Counted from the first letter of the stretch, positions 25,602-38,087 are shown. The stretch is DNA of 64,000 bases from Squalus acanthias (GCA_030390025.1 CM059430.1:74648001-74712000), one strand, 5' to 3'. The notes: generated by a model not told the origin, from the letters alone. Translations and numbers: made by a program.

Positions 25602-25913
25602 CTGGGTTACAATTGGAGACCAAATAAACAGCTAATTTCGGTGTTTGAAGGGTGGGGTGAGATACCAAACAAGTGTAAGGGGTCCCTTTCTGGACTGACT
25701 GTGTCTGTTGCAGAATACTTGACGCTTCATATAGTCCCGCTGAGTTCAGCTGCTTTGTGGTTGTTATCCCGGTTACAACGTTGCTTTTATTTTTGTACCA
25801 GCTGAAGGTGATCGTCTTCGGGTAAAAGTCAACCGTTTCACAAACGAGAAGAGGATAATTGTTTGAATTCCCGTCAGGTGTTATGGAGACAATCGTCGGG
25901 TTAGCTGGCGGAG
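25602..25913 (-). CDS. Exon 3: Ig C1-set domain
   Basis: Acceptor cccctctgtag|, donor G|GTAAG, 312 nt, phase 1-1, open frame. Translation: (A)PPANPTIVSITPDGNSNNYPLLVCETVDFYPKTITFSWYKNKSNVVTGITTTKQLNSAGLYEASSILQQTQSVQKGTPYTCLVSHPTLQTPKLAVYLVSNCNP. C1 hallmarks: C-x4-FYP-x2-I-x3-W and YTC-x-V-x-H-x2-L. Confidence 0.93.
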
Positions 25914-26949
25914 CTACAGAGGGGATCAGGGAAAATCATATATACGTTCAGCATTTTACATTTATAACATTTTTATATCCCAATTCCAAGTAAATTGAGA
26001 TAATTCATAAGTTGCATTTAACTGAATTGAAAAAAAAATGAACTTGACGGCCATCCTATACTTTTCCAAATACTCAAGGAACAGCCGCAATAATGGACCG
26101 TTTCTTCACAGCTATCACAAAAGTCTCACATACAGTGAATAATTTTCAAATGCAATCATCTGTGCGATGTGGGTAAATGATGCTTCAACCAACAAATCCA
26201 AACAATTACAGTGCGATTAATGACCAGTTCATTGTTTATAGTGATATTGATTAGCGGAGGAATGTTGGGCAGAACACTTGGGGAACAGTTTTTTTTCTTT
26301 CCAGCAATGCTGTGGGGATTTTAACTCCATAAAGAACAGCAGGCAGGACTTGGTTGGATTCTGACCTGAAATACAGCAGGTCCAACAGAGCAGTAATCCC
26401 TCTCTACTGAAGTAAACAGCCCAGTTTAATTGTGTAAATCCTAGATATTAGCTTGACTCCAGAGTCTTTTACGAACGTACCAATAGGCGAGACATGACGG
26501 ATAGATAAAGACCTTCTGGCTCACACACCGCACCAACGGCAGCCTGTTGCAGAGTTCCACTATTCTGTGGAAAAAAGAGCCACCTCCTTGCATCTAACCC
26601 AGATCAAGCCTTATACAACTTAGATTTGTTAGCCCTGGTCCAACCTAACCTATTCAATTAAAACAAACTGTCAACTGGAACAAAATGTGTTCCCTTCATT
26701 ATCTTATAAACCTTAAGCAGATCACTTGTATGTTTACGCTTCTCTAAAGTTTAGCGTCCCAACTCTTTTAGCCTTTCTTCATCACCTTCGTAGCTTTAGG
26801 GGAAGACCGGCGTAAACTCCAGAGAAACGGGTAAAAATTACTGTTTATGCCGTTTCATCAGGGTATCCGCAGATATATAGTACTGAAGGCATGACGGAGA
26901 ACACTACATAATTTCTCACCACAATTATTCACAGAAAAAGAGCTCGGAT

Positions 26950-29745
26950 AAGAACATAAGAACATACGAAATAGGAGCAGGAGTAGACCAATCGGCCCCT
27001 CGAGCCTGCTCCTCCATTCAATGAGATCATGGCTGATCTGAACCAACCTTAACTCTAAAGAACACAAGAAGCAGGAGCAGGACCAGGCCACTCGGCCCCT
27101 GGGCCCGCTCTGCCACCCACAGGGCCTTGACCGATCCGAACTCAAACTCATGTCCAATTTCCAGCCCGCTCCCCGTAACCCCTGATACCCTTTACTTCTA
27201 GGAAACGGTCTATTTCTGTTTTAAATTTATTTAATGAAGTAGCTTCCACAGCTTCCTGGGGTAGCAAATTTCACAGACCCACTACCCTCTGAGTGAAAAA
27301 GTTTCTCCTCATCTCAGTTTTGAACGAAGAGCCCCTTATTCTAAGATTATGTCCCCTAGTTCTAGTTTCACACATCATTGGGAACATCCTCACCATGTCC
27401 ACCCGATCAAGCCTCTTCACAATCTTATATGTCTCAATAAGATCGCCTCTCATTCTTCTGAACTCCAATGAGTAGAGTCCCAATCTACTCTACCTCTCCT
27501 CATATGTCCACCCCCTCATCCCCGGAATTAACCGAGTGAACCTTCTTTGTACTGCCTCGAGAGCAAGTATGTCTTTTCTTAAGTATGATCACCAAAACTG
27601 TATGCAGTACTCCAGGTGCGGTCTCACCAATACCCTATACAACTGCAGCAATACCTCCCTGTTTTTATATTCTATCCCCCTAGCAATAAAAGCCAACATT
27701 CCATTGGCTTTCTTGATCACCTGCTGCACCTGCATACTAACTTTTAGATTTTCTTGCACCAAGACCCCCAGATCCCTTTGAACAGCAGTACTTTCAAGTT
27801 TCTCGCCATTAAGATAATAACTTGCTCTCTGATTTTTCCTGCCAAAGTGCATAACCTCACATTTTCCAATATTGTATTGCATCTGCCAAATCTCTGCCCA
27901 CTCACCCAGACTGTCTATATCCCCTTGTAGGTTTTTTATGTCCTCTTCACTCTCTACTTTCTCTCCCAACTTTGTATCATCTGCAAACTTTGATATGTTA
28001 CACTCGGTCCCCTCCTCCAAATCGTTAATATAGATTTTAAAGAGTTGGGGACCCAGCACCGACCCCTGCGGAACACCACTGGCTACTGGTTGCCAGTCCA
28101 AGAATGAACCATTTATCCCAACTCTCTGCTTCCTCTTAGATAACCATTCCTCCACCCATGCCAGAATATTACCCCCAATCCAGTGATTTTTTATCTTGAG
28201 TAATAATCTTTTATGTGGCACCTTGTCGAATGCCTTCTGGAAGTCTAAATACACTACATCCACTGGTTCCCCTTTATCCACCCTGTACGTTATGTCCTCA
28301 AAGAACTCGAGCAAATTTGTCAGACATGCCTTCCCCTTCATAAAGCCATGCTGACTTTGTCCTATTAAATTATGTTTATCTAAATGTTCCGTTACTGTCT
28401 CCTTAATAATAGACTCCAAAATTTTACCCACCACAGATGTTAGGCTAACTGGTCTATAATTCCCAGCCTTCTGCCTACAACCCTTTTTAAATAAGGGTGT
28501 TACATTAGCAGTTTTCCAATCTGCCGGGGCCTTTGCTGAGTTCAGGGAGTTTTGGAAAATTATTACCAAAGCATCCACAATTCCTACTGCCACTTCTCTC
28601 AAGACCCTAGGATGTAAGCCATCAGGTCCAGGGGATTTATCCGCCTTGAATCCCATTATTTTACTGAGTACCAATTCCTTAGTAATTTTAATCGTATTTA
28701 GCTCCTCCCCCGCTAGAGCCCCCTGTTTGTCCAGTGTTGGGATATTCTTAGTGTCCTCTACCGTAAATACTAAAACAAAATATTTGTACAGCATTTTTGC
28801 TATCTCCATGTTTCCCACCATTAATTTCCCGGTCTCATCATCTAAGGGACCTACCTTTACCTTAACCAGCCTTTTTCTTTTTAAATAACTATAGAAACTC
28901 TTGCAATCTGTTTTTATATGTTTTGCTAATTTATTTTCATAGTCTATTTTCCCTTTCTTAATCAATCCTTTAGTTACTTTTTGTTGTCTTTTGAAGACTT
29001 CCCAATCTTCTAAACTTCTACTAACTTTGGCTAACTTATATGTCCTTGTTTTTAGTTGGATACTTTCTTTAATTTCTTTACTTAGCCATGGATGGCTGTC
29101 ATTTCTTTTACACCCTTTTTTCCTCAGTGGAATATATTTATTTTGAAAGTTGTAAAATAACTCTTGAATGAACACCACTGCTCATGTACCATCTTACCCT
29201 TTAATCTATTTTCCCAGTCCACTTTAATCAATTCTGCTCTCATGCCATCATAGTCTCCTTTATTCAAGCTCAGCATGCTTGTTTGAGAACCAAGCTTCTC
29301 ACCCTCTAATTGCATATGGAATTCAACCATGTTATGGTCACTCATTCCAAGGGGATCCTTAACTAGGACATTATTAATTAATCCAGACTCATTACACAGT
29401 ACCAGGTCCAAGGTTGCTTGCCCCCTTGTAGGATCAGTTACATACTGCTCAAGAAATCCATCCCTAAGACACTCAATAAACTCTTCCTCAAGGCTGCCCT
29501 GCCCAATTTGATTTGTCCAGTTAATATGATAGTTAAAATCCCCCATAATTATAGCTGTTCCCTTATTATATGCCCCAACTATTTCCTGATTAATACTTCT
29601 TCCAACAGAGTTGCAACTATTACGAGGCCTATAAACTACGCCCACCGGGGTTTTTCCCCTTATTATTCCTAATCTCTACCCAAACTGTTTCATTATCCTG
29701 ATCTTTTTTGACCCAATATCATTTCTCTGTATTACAGTGATTCCT
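26950..29745 (-). mobile_element. Young 5'-truncated CR1 LINE in intron 2 of the receptor gene
   Basis: 529-aa RT ORF at 27589-29178 (KSPGPDG, NYRPVSLTS, QHGF, YLDFQKAFDKV, GVPQGSVLGP, FADD), an endonuclease ORF at 29124-29645, and few frameshifts. Confidence 0.95.
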
Positions 29746-30926
29746 TTCTCCGCCAAGATAACATCATTAGCTGGATATGTGATTCACGTAGAAATGTATT
29801 CACTGTATAATCTGAGGAATTAAATACCCTCTCAAAGGATACTCCAGCAACTTTTTTCTGCAAATTTTCTCCTTCCAACTCACTGTTCGTTACAAACAGC
29901 GCTATGTGCCAAAAGCAAACTCAAATTAAATCTCATGCCATGGCCACAGCTTTTCATTAAACACTGTTCAAGAAAAGTAGTCGCTTTAATCTATAACAAA
30001 TAATTAATTTAACTGATTTAATTAGTAATCCGTAATATTCATTAAAATAATTATGAATATGAATAGCTATCGGAATCTTGGAGCGGCTTCAGTGGGGATA
30101 GAAACTTCAAACATCAGTGAATACACATCAATCCTAACGATTTCCTGTGAAGCTCTCAGCGACATACTGAGGATCCACAAGGTGCAATTCAATCGATCTT
30201 ATAATAATAAAGTCTTTATGCAGCAATTGCTGAAAATCGTAGTTTGTATCAGGTCCGGGATATGTTTAAACGTATTTCTCATTAATATTTTTGAGAGATT
30301 GCGAGTTGCGTTGCTTTATTCACGGGACTGAGATGTGCCGTTTACTCAGAATCCTTAAAGTACACCCGTCGTTTGGGGAATTTCCTATTAACTACTTACA
30401 CTGGAGAACGGCTGGAACTCATTTAACGATACCAGAATTTTTTGGGACGTGTTTGACATTAATGCTTGCTATCAGTATTAGAATTGTACTAGATCTCTAT
30501 ACTCGATTATTAAACGATCAAACTTGCAGCCTTTAGGACCGCCAAAATGTACCGAATATAACATTTCTAAGAAAGGCATCATTACAAACGTAGTACCAAT
30601 CAGAGCGGATTCAGATAGTTTGAGTCGAAAAGTTATTAACCCATTTTCAAATAATTTCTCAATCTCCATAACTTGGCCAGAGCTTCAATAACAGAACACA
30701 TTTAAAAAAAATATAAATATTGCTCTTCCAATTTATGATTACATCGTGTACGTTGAAAGCATTTCATTTAGAATTGTATCGTATATATTGAGGATTAATA
30801 TACAGGTGACGAAACGCAAACGATTCACGAGAACAGTCATATAAGGCACCAATCATTCTGCCTTACTTATTCATATTTTCAGTTATTTTAATTATCTGTG
30901 AGAGAAATCCCTGCAATGCCACCTAC

Positions 30927-31244
30927 CGTGGACAACAATCGTTGATCCAGTTCCGTTTCTGATCGAGTTTCTCTGTTGTTTGACTCCGCAGTAATAAACC
31001 CCAGCGTCCTGGAAACGGACATCAAGGATCTGCAAGGAGCCCCGTCCTTTCCTCAAGAAATGTTGTTTCCTCGTGTCTGAGCTGGGTTGCAGAAATATAC
31101 TTTCGCCTAGTTTCCACCAGATAACATTCACTTCTGAAGTATCTGGAAAAGGAGGGAACGAACAAGCGAAGGTAATGTTTGCACCGATCGTAACAATCTT
31201 GTGTTGGGGGCTTTGGGACACTTTGAACACAGCATCGCCAAAAA
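30927..31244 (-). CDS. Exon 2: Ig V-set domain with germline-joined J-like G strand
   Basis: Acceptor ttttcttccacag|, donor G|GTAGG, 318 nt, phase 1-1. Translation: (I)FGDAVFKVSQSPQHKIVTIGANITFACSFPPFPDTSEVNVIWWKLGESIFLQPSSDTRKQHFLRKGRGSLQILDVRFQDAGVYYCGVKQQRNSIRNGTGSTIVVH. Canonical C, W, LxI..DxGxYYC and GxGS/T motifs are present. Confidence 0.95.
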
Positions 31245-31365
31245 CTGTGGAAGAAAAATAAAAACATACAGCCATCAATTAAACATATCAAACCTGCCGG
31301 GAAATTGGTGATAGGCAAACATATATAGACGGATAAGAGTGGACACAAAGAAGGAAAAAAAATAC

Positions 31366-31420
31366 TTGTTGAGATAATCCCCAGGATCGCGGTGCACTGA
31401 TGCACAGCGCGCACAGACAT
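31366..31420 (-). CDS. Exon 1 (signal peptide) of VJ-C1-TM-ITIM/ITSM IgSF receptor
   Basis: ATG at 31420 encodes MSVRAVHQCTAILGIIST+A. Phase-1 donor A|GTATT, a 121-bp intron to the V exon, and a TATAAAA box 53-59 bp upstream. Confidence 0.8.
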
Positions 31421-31472
31421 ATTGAACAAAGGAAATAACTATTTTCTGGCAATAAACAGGGAACACTGATGC

Positions 31473-31567
31473 TTTTATATAGATATGTTTGCAACTAAAC
31501 TGCTATGAACGATGAAGCAATGACGTGTGAAACCACACGTTGAAATCAGCCGTACAATCAAGGAAAT
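31473..31567 (-). promoter_or_regulatory. Putative core promoter of the receptor gene
   Basis: TATAAAA on the minus strand at 31473-31479. A RUNX-type TGTGGTT (31531-31537) sits inside the inverted repeat acgtgtg-aaac-cacacgt. An ETS-like AGGAAAT is at 31561. Confidence 0.55.
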
Positions 31568-32669
31568 GAAGAGATGCAACGTGTCGTTGTAACTGTGACC
31601 TTTGTATGGTTTGAAACATCACAAGCGGCAGGAATTGGACAAAATAAAACAACGGCCACAGCGGTCAACCCTATTTCCTGTATATCGGTTAAATACGGTT
31701 TCTATATCAAACAGTTGATCAAAATAATTGTTTTGGAAATTTAAATGTGTTGGTTATGGACTGGAAATTCCAGCAGGCCTCCCACTGTATCTCAGTGACA
31801 GGAATAACATTATTCAGCGAACTGGACAATTTGTTAACGCAAAGTTGGCGTTTGTGACCATAGAGAGGATTGGGAAAGCAAAGGAGTTGAAATGGGAAAG
31901 TGGTTTCTGGATATAATCGCCAGTTCAAACGACATGTAGCAAGACAAGACAGAGAAAGGTTTTGGGCGAGTCTGGACGTCCTTCGTTCCAACGCGCTCTG
32001 TTTCTATTTGATTTGCTATGTTGTTTAAGATTGCAAAGCAAATATACGAACAACCTTTTAATGCGATCTCATTGCTTTTAATACAAATTATGCATGGAGA
32101 TTTGTGCAGCCTGAAACAAAAATGAACAGGTAATCTAGCAGCAAGTGACCAACAAAGTGAAACCAGCCAGGGTAATGCGGCGTAAACTTCAGTGTGGCCA
32201 ATGTTGCTTTTCCACTCATTTATTTCACCAGATTTAGTCTTTCGTTTAATTTTCTTTTTCTGTTCAACTCTGGGAACTGCTGGAAAAGTGTTTTTACTCT
32301 GGACTGGCTTGAGCTGGTAATAGATTAATGAAATGACTCAGTAGGTTGTGCGATCAGTAGGTTGTGCGATCAGCTGTGATCTAATTATCTTAACATTCCT
32401 GTGGCATCTTGGACCTTTAACAAAATTAAGAGATAAAACTTTCAGCTTGGTTGATAACCTTCAGCGTAGCAGCGAGAGAATAGTATAGACCAGGGTCAAA
32501 ACAATACACTGCGTAGAGTGAGTAGAGAACCAGTCACCGGCGGAGTTCAGATTTGGGTTCAATTGGTTCAAAGTTATATCTTAAAGTGATAAACCATGAG
32601 TTTATGTTTCATTTTATTGATGTTTTGATAAACTGCTCAGTTTTTTCTGCGCGACCGCTGAAACTTGTC

Positions 32670-35600
32670 ATGTCTGATCTCTGTGCAGTGTGGAGTGCCT
32701 GTATATTTCATGCGTTCCAGATGATCACATATGCAGCATGGATCCACAGCAGCTTGCATTCGAGTTGAACATATCTGACCATGAGGAAAAGCTTGGACCT
32801 GCAATTGCATGCAGTAAGGTAAGATTTTCTGTATTGTAGCGCACATACCAGGATGTTGTCACTCCAAAGACACAGCGAGTTAGTGAAAAGGGAAATAGTG
32901 GCCTTTCCTTTCAGTTAGAAAGAGAAGAGACGAGGCAGTGTAGGCAGTGCCAGAGACTGTTTAATTGACAGACAGGCATTAACCGGCTAAAGTCAGCTGT
33001 TGCCCATTCGGGACCAGATGAATTGCAGATTCGCAGTTAGCATATGGGATTCCCCATTGTTCGGTTATAGCCGTGCCCCAAATGTTGTCTTGTCTCTCCC
33101 TGGTCATTGTAAACGATATTATGGAGCTGCAGCAAAATATTCTGGAGAAGGAAGACCAGAAGCTAGAACTCAGAATATCATGAATTCGGTGCCGATTAAA
33201 AAGCGGAGCCTCAAATACAGTAATTTACTAATGACTCCTGGTGCCATGCACGATGTGGCAATAATAAAATATGAGACCTATGTGCAGATTGATGCAGAAG
33301 GTATAAATTCAGAATTAGGCATTTATTATAAGCAGTTCTTGCACTGAAGTGGGATGTACAGGCCAAATGGGCTACACCAGAACAAGGCTGTGGTGTATAT
33401 CTTCGCTGGCAGAGCAAGTCGCGTTGTGAGTAGATTTGCACTAATGTGTGGGGAGGGGAAAACCAGACATTGAAGCAGAAATTAGAGTAACATTTTGACA
33501 GGGTGTAAGAAGCATAAATAAGAACATTGAAAAATGCAAGTACATCAAAACAAGCAGACATTACCTATAAGTTTGCAAAACACACGGCTTCAGCGGTAAG
33601 TTGTTAATACATACAATTTCAATAAAATTGGATAAATGAGTCACAAATTTCTTAAGGGTGTATGATAAATTAACATGTCTAGACATGTTGTCATCACTAT
33701 CGCAAGGCTCAGAGATAAACATTCTTGGCAGTTTAATGAAGTATTCCACTACAGCACGAGAGTTTATGGTTGATGTCGAAATGCTGTAACAATTACTGGA
33801 AGCGATATTTTGTGATTAGAGAAAATATAGCAAAAACAGGGACGTGCTGAGTGGTGACTTTAATTACGTAAACACCCTTAGCAGTGAAAGTAATTTAAAT
33901 GGAAAAGAAAGATGGAATTTTCCACAATGTGCCCAAGACTATTTTCCACTTCAGTCTGCTTTACTCCAACAATGAAAGCGTTCAATGAAAGCGTCAATTC
34001 CACATCTGGAAGAAAATACATTAAGTGAGGCAAGAATGCAATATAAGGGGAAGGGAGCAGCGACTATAACTAAATTGGACTTGACATTATAACTGAAAAC
34101 CATCTAACATAATTGCAATTTATTTTTTGAGAACATCGCAAATTTCAAGAAGATACAGCCAGTAACTAGACCAGTTAATTAGAAAGCGCTATATAAAATA
34201 TGTGACGTATGGGAATCATCATAACGACTACTGCTCAATTCGGTTTATATATTTATTTACTCTGGACTAGAGTCTCAGGTAAAACAATAATTGAGCAATG
34301 AGAGACCTTCAAGGAGGACATACATAGGGTACAGACTAAAGACATTCCCATCAGGAGGAAGGAACGGAATACAAAGCTAAAGCTCTCTGGATCTCTAAAA
34401 GAACTGCAATTAAAATGAAACAGAAAAAAAAGACCGCGGATTAATACCACGTTCAAAATACAATAATCAAGCAGAATATAGACAGTGCAGAGTAGCACTG
34501 GAAAAGAAAATAAGAGGAACATAGAGATTACTTAGAGATTAGCGGGTAACATGAAGTGTTTTATAAATGTATGAAGAGGAAAAGGATGGTCAAAAGAAGG
34601 TAGTGATGATTTAGGACCAAAAATGCAATCTTCTTGCGGAGTCAGAGGGCATAGCTGAGGTGCTGAAGGAGCATTGTTCATCTGTCTTTACTGGAGAAGG
34701 GGATGCTGCTAATGTAGCAATAAAGGCCATAAAGCGTTGGATGGGACAGAAATGCATAAAGAATAGATTCATAAAAAGTTTGGCAGTGCTCAAAGTAGAA
34801 AAGTCACCCGGTCCAGATGAGATGAATCCTAGGTTGCTGAGGGAAGTAAGGCTGAGGCTGTGACCGAACTATTTCTATCCCTTTTTATATGGGAGAGCTA
34901 ACAGAGGACTAGACGATTACAATATTACACCCCTGAGGGAAGAGAGATAAACCAGGTTACTCCAGGCCGGTCAGAGTAACGTATGTGGTGGGGAAACTGC
35001 TAGGCAATATAATCCGGGACAAAATTAATTTTCACTACGAAAAACATGGGTTAGTTAATGACAGCCAAGACGGATTGTTAAAGGCATGCTGATTGAGCTT
35101 TTTCGATTAAATAAAGGAGGGGTTTAATGAAGGTAATGAAGTTGACGCTCTGTATATGGAAATTCAAAAGACGTTTGGCAAAGTGCCACATAATAGAATT
35201 GTTAGCCAAATTGAAGACCGTTTGATTAAACAGGCAGTGGCAGCGTGGATTCGAAATTGGCCAAGAGACAGAATGCAGAGAGTAAGGTTGAATTGATGTT
35301 TTTCAGACTGAATAGACGTATACAGTGACGCCCGCAGGCGTTAATATTCAGGCCACTACTTCGTCGATGCAATTTAATTACCTGGAATTAGTTACGGGGG
35401 CAATATTTCAAAGTTTGAAATGGCACAAAAATTGGAAATGTAGCAAATAATAAGGAGGATAGCAGCAGACTGCAGGAAACATAGACAGACTTGGAAATGG
35501 GCAGATATGTGCCAGATTAATTTTAATACAGGGAATTATTCTGCGATGCATTTTGTGAGGAAGAATGAACGGAGCTAATACAAACAAAATTGTACAATTT

Positions 35601-36250
35601 TAAAGGGGTGGAAGAACAGAGAAACCTGGTAGCTTTCATACACAAGTCTTTGCAGTTGAAAGGCAATGTTGCTGAGATGTTAAAACGCATTTGGGCGTCT
35701 TGGAATTACAAATAGAGGGATAGAGTACAAAAGCAAGGTCGTTATGCTGAACCATTCTTAATTACTGGTTAGCCTTCAGCTGGAGTATTGTGTCCATTTC
35801 TGGGCACCGCACCTTAGGAACGATTTCAAGGCCTTGGACAGGTTGCAAAGGTGATATAGCAGAATTGGACCTGGTATGAGGAGAAATTCAATAGAGCTGA
35901 TCAAAAATTATGAGTGGTTTTGCTTGAGTAATTAAGTTGAAACTGTTTCTACTCGCTGGAGGGTTAGTAACAAGACAACATTGATTTACGATAATTTGCA
36001 AATGAACCAGAGGGGAGATGAGGAGGACGTTTCTTGTATGGCGAATTGCTATTGTCTGCAATGCACTGCCTGAAGGGATGGTGCAAGCAGATTCAATAGT
36101 AACTTTCAAATACGAATTGGATTTTTGCATGAACAGGAAAAAAAATGCAGGGCTGTGAGGAATGTGTACAAGGGTGGAACTAATTGTATAGTTCCTTTAA
36201 AGAGCTAGAAAAGGCATTTCGAGCCGAATGGCCTACATGTGTGCTGTAGA
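32670..36250 (+). mobile_element. Ancient, heavily decayed full-length CR1
   Basis: ORF1-like VECLYISCVPDDHICS near 32690, then KSPGPDEMNPRLLREV and RT and 3'-tail remnants with many stops. Confidence 0.75.
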
Positions 36251-36481
36251 TTATTCCATGATATACACCATTAGTAAAGGCTGTGACATGAATATATGAC
36301 ATTCACGCCCCTGGATTAAAATATTGGATTGAATTAATAATGTTTTCACCATAAACGCCACGTAATTTAATGAAAAGTCTCGCCATCATTTTCCGTGTGG
36401 GATTTGTAATAAATTCAGCCGTGTCAGAATATCCCAATCCAAGGAACAACGTTTTAAAAGTGCATTAATCGAGAACATGAT

Positions 36482-37267
36482 GGCCCGGATTTTGCAATAG
36501 GAATAACGATGAGGCTAACAGCAATCTCCGTTATCATAGAATAGATCAATCAGCAAATTCCAGAGTGCAGACTTGCGCAGTTTAAACACGGAAATCTGGA
36601 AATTGCTGCCAAATTTAAACTGCTTCTCCACAGGTTGCGCTATACTGGTGTCCCTCCGATAGACTCAGCATTTGTATGCACGTAAATGGCGTGAATTTTC
36701 CGTATTACCCAGGAGTTACCCATTAAACATACCAGACAAATTTAAGCCTGGTACATTCAGGTTTAAGAGAACATTTAATGGCGTGAAAAGTCATAATTAC
36801 TGCAGAGCAACGCTTCTGTCATTGACAATTTAATTTTACAAGCAAGGCAACTCATTCATTAATAATTTGATTACTATTGGAGATTATTCTAAAAAGGGAC
36901 TTTTTTTCTTTTTCTTTCTGGTTCTTTTATATATCTCTCTTAACCCCATCTTTCTGGCCCTCTCTTTATTTTGTTTTCAGTGCATGATTTTTCAAACAAT
37001 TAAGTCTAATTTATATTTCCTTGATGATGCTTCCTTGTTTAGACTCTGTGTGGCTCAGTGAGGATTCTTCAATCTGATTGGTTGAACAGCCTCACTGTTT
37101 CTTACACTGCTCACAGACGCTGCAGATTTCTGTACAGGCGACACGCTGGAGCAGACTCCTGAAGACAGCAAGTTGCTGCTCAAAAGCCCGCGAAAATTCT
37201 GAGGGAAGCTTTCAGCGTGATGAATGGAAAATGCCGTTCCTTGGCCGCTGACCAAAATATCCGGACC
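36482..37267 (+). mobile_element. ~785-bp TIR non-autonomous element
   Basis: Ends ggcccggattttg / caaaatatccggacc with AT flanks; homologous to the outer element at 14706-16171. Confidence 0.65.
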
Positions 37268-38087
37268 ATTTTGAGATGAAACCACTGAAGATACAGGTGC
37301 ATACTTATAATAAGTTTGAAAGTAATTATGCGACAAGAGTGGTCACTGTAAAATAAACAATTAGTTCATACGATGAACGAGAACGTCGAAGAAAATCAAA
37401 CTTAGTTTTACTTTATTCCACTCATTCCCCCCGCCCCCAAGAATTAGTGAGTATCCTGCGTTCATTTGCTTGCTCGATCTGACTTTTGCAATGTGAACGC
37501 GTAAATCGGCATTTTGCAGTTTCTGGTCCTTCAAATAAAGAAATTTACTTTAAATTACATGTCGCCTTGTCAAGTTTCAACATTTCCAATTCTTGACACC
37601 ATTAATTAGTTATGCACCGCAGTGACTACTGGTTTTACGAGAGACATAATCCTCCCAAAGACAGCAATATGGAGCATTGCCGGTTAATCTGCTACTTAAT
37701 TGGTAATATAGATAGAGCAATGATGAATAGAACAGCCAAAAGTGCTCTGGGATCTATAACGACGTTTGAACAGACAGAAGGAGTCGCCTGAATATTTCAT
37801 GTAAAGAGCTCCGCCTCATACATTCTGAGTACCGCATCGGAAAATGCGCTAAGATCCTGAATGTGGGGCTCAAACAAATATCTTCAGATCGGGAGACGGG
37901 CGCAATACCAATACTGATATCGCACATGGCCAGATTCAATTTGGTGCACCAACTTACACATAATTCCACTCAGGATAAAAGTGTTCCGATATTCTGAATA
38001 ATTTTGTTTTGGCTTGCCTAGTCGGTCATTAACTCATCGTGCTCGCTTAACGGCATTAAATGCGTAATTTCAGATATTGATGTTCAT

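Noticed and set aside
30291-30536. Plus-strand ORF with ELRC...NYLHW resembling V-domain B/C strands
   Set aside because: The Cys-Trp spacing is too long, there is no DxxxYxC, and there is no splice context.
30892-31278. ORF-track 128-aa ORF as a stand-alone gene or a rearranging TCR/Ig V segment
   Set aside because: Its N- and C-terminal extensions are intron sequence. It has no RSS and already includes the J-like strand, so it is exon 2 of the spliced gene.
32339-32373. Direct repeat cagtaggttgtgcgat x2 (similar 18-bp pair at ~55816-55867)
   Set aside because: Simple micro-duplications with no array structure; not CRISPR-like.
32688-32818. Exon-like segment ending in AAG|GTAAGA
   Set aside because: The translation matches the CR1 ORF1 N-terminal Cys/His region and is part of the decayed LINE.
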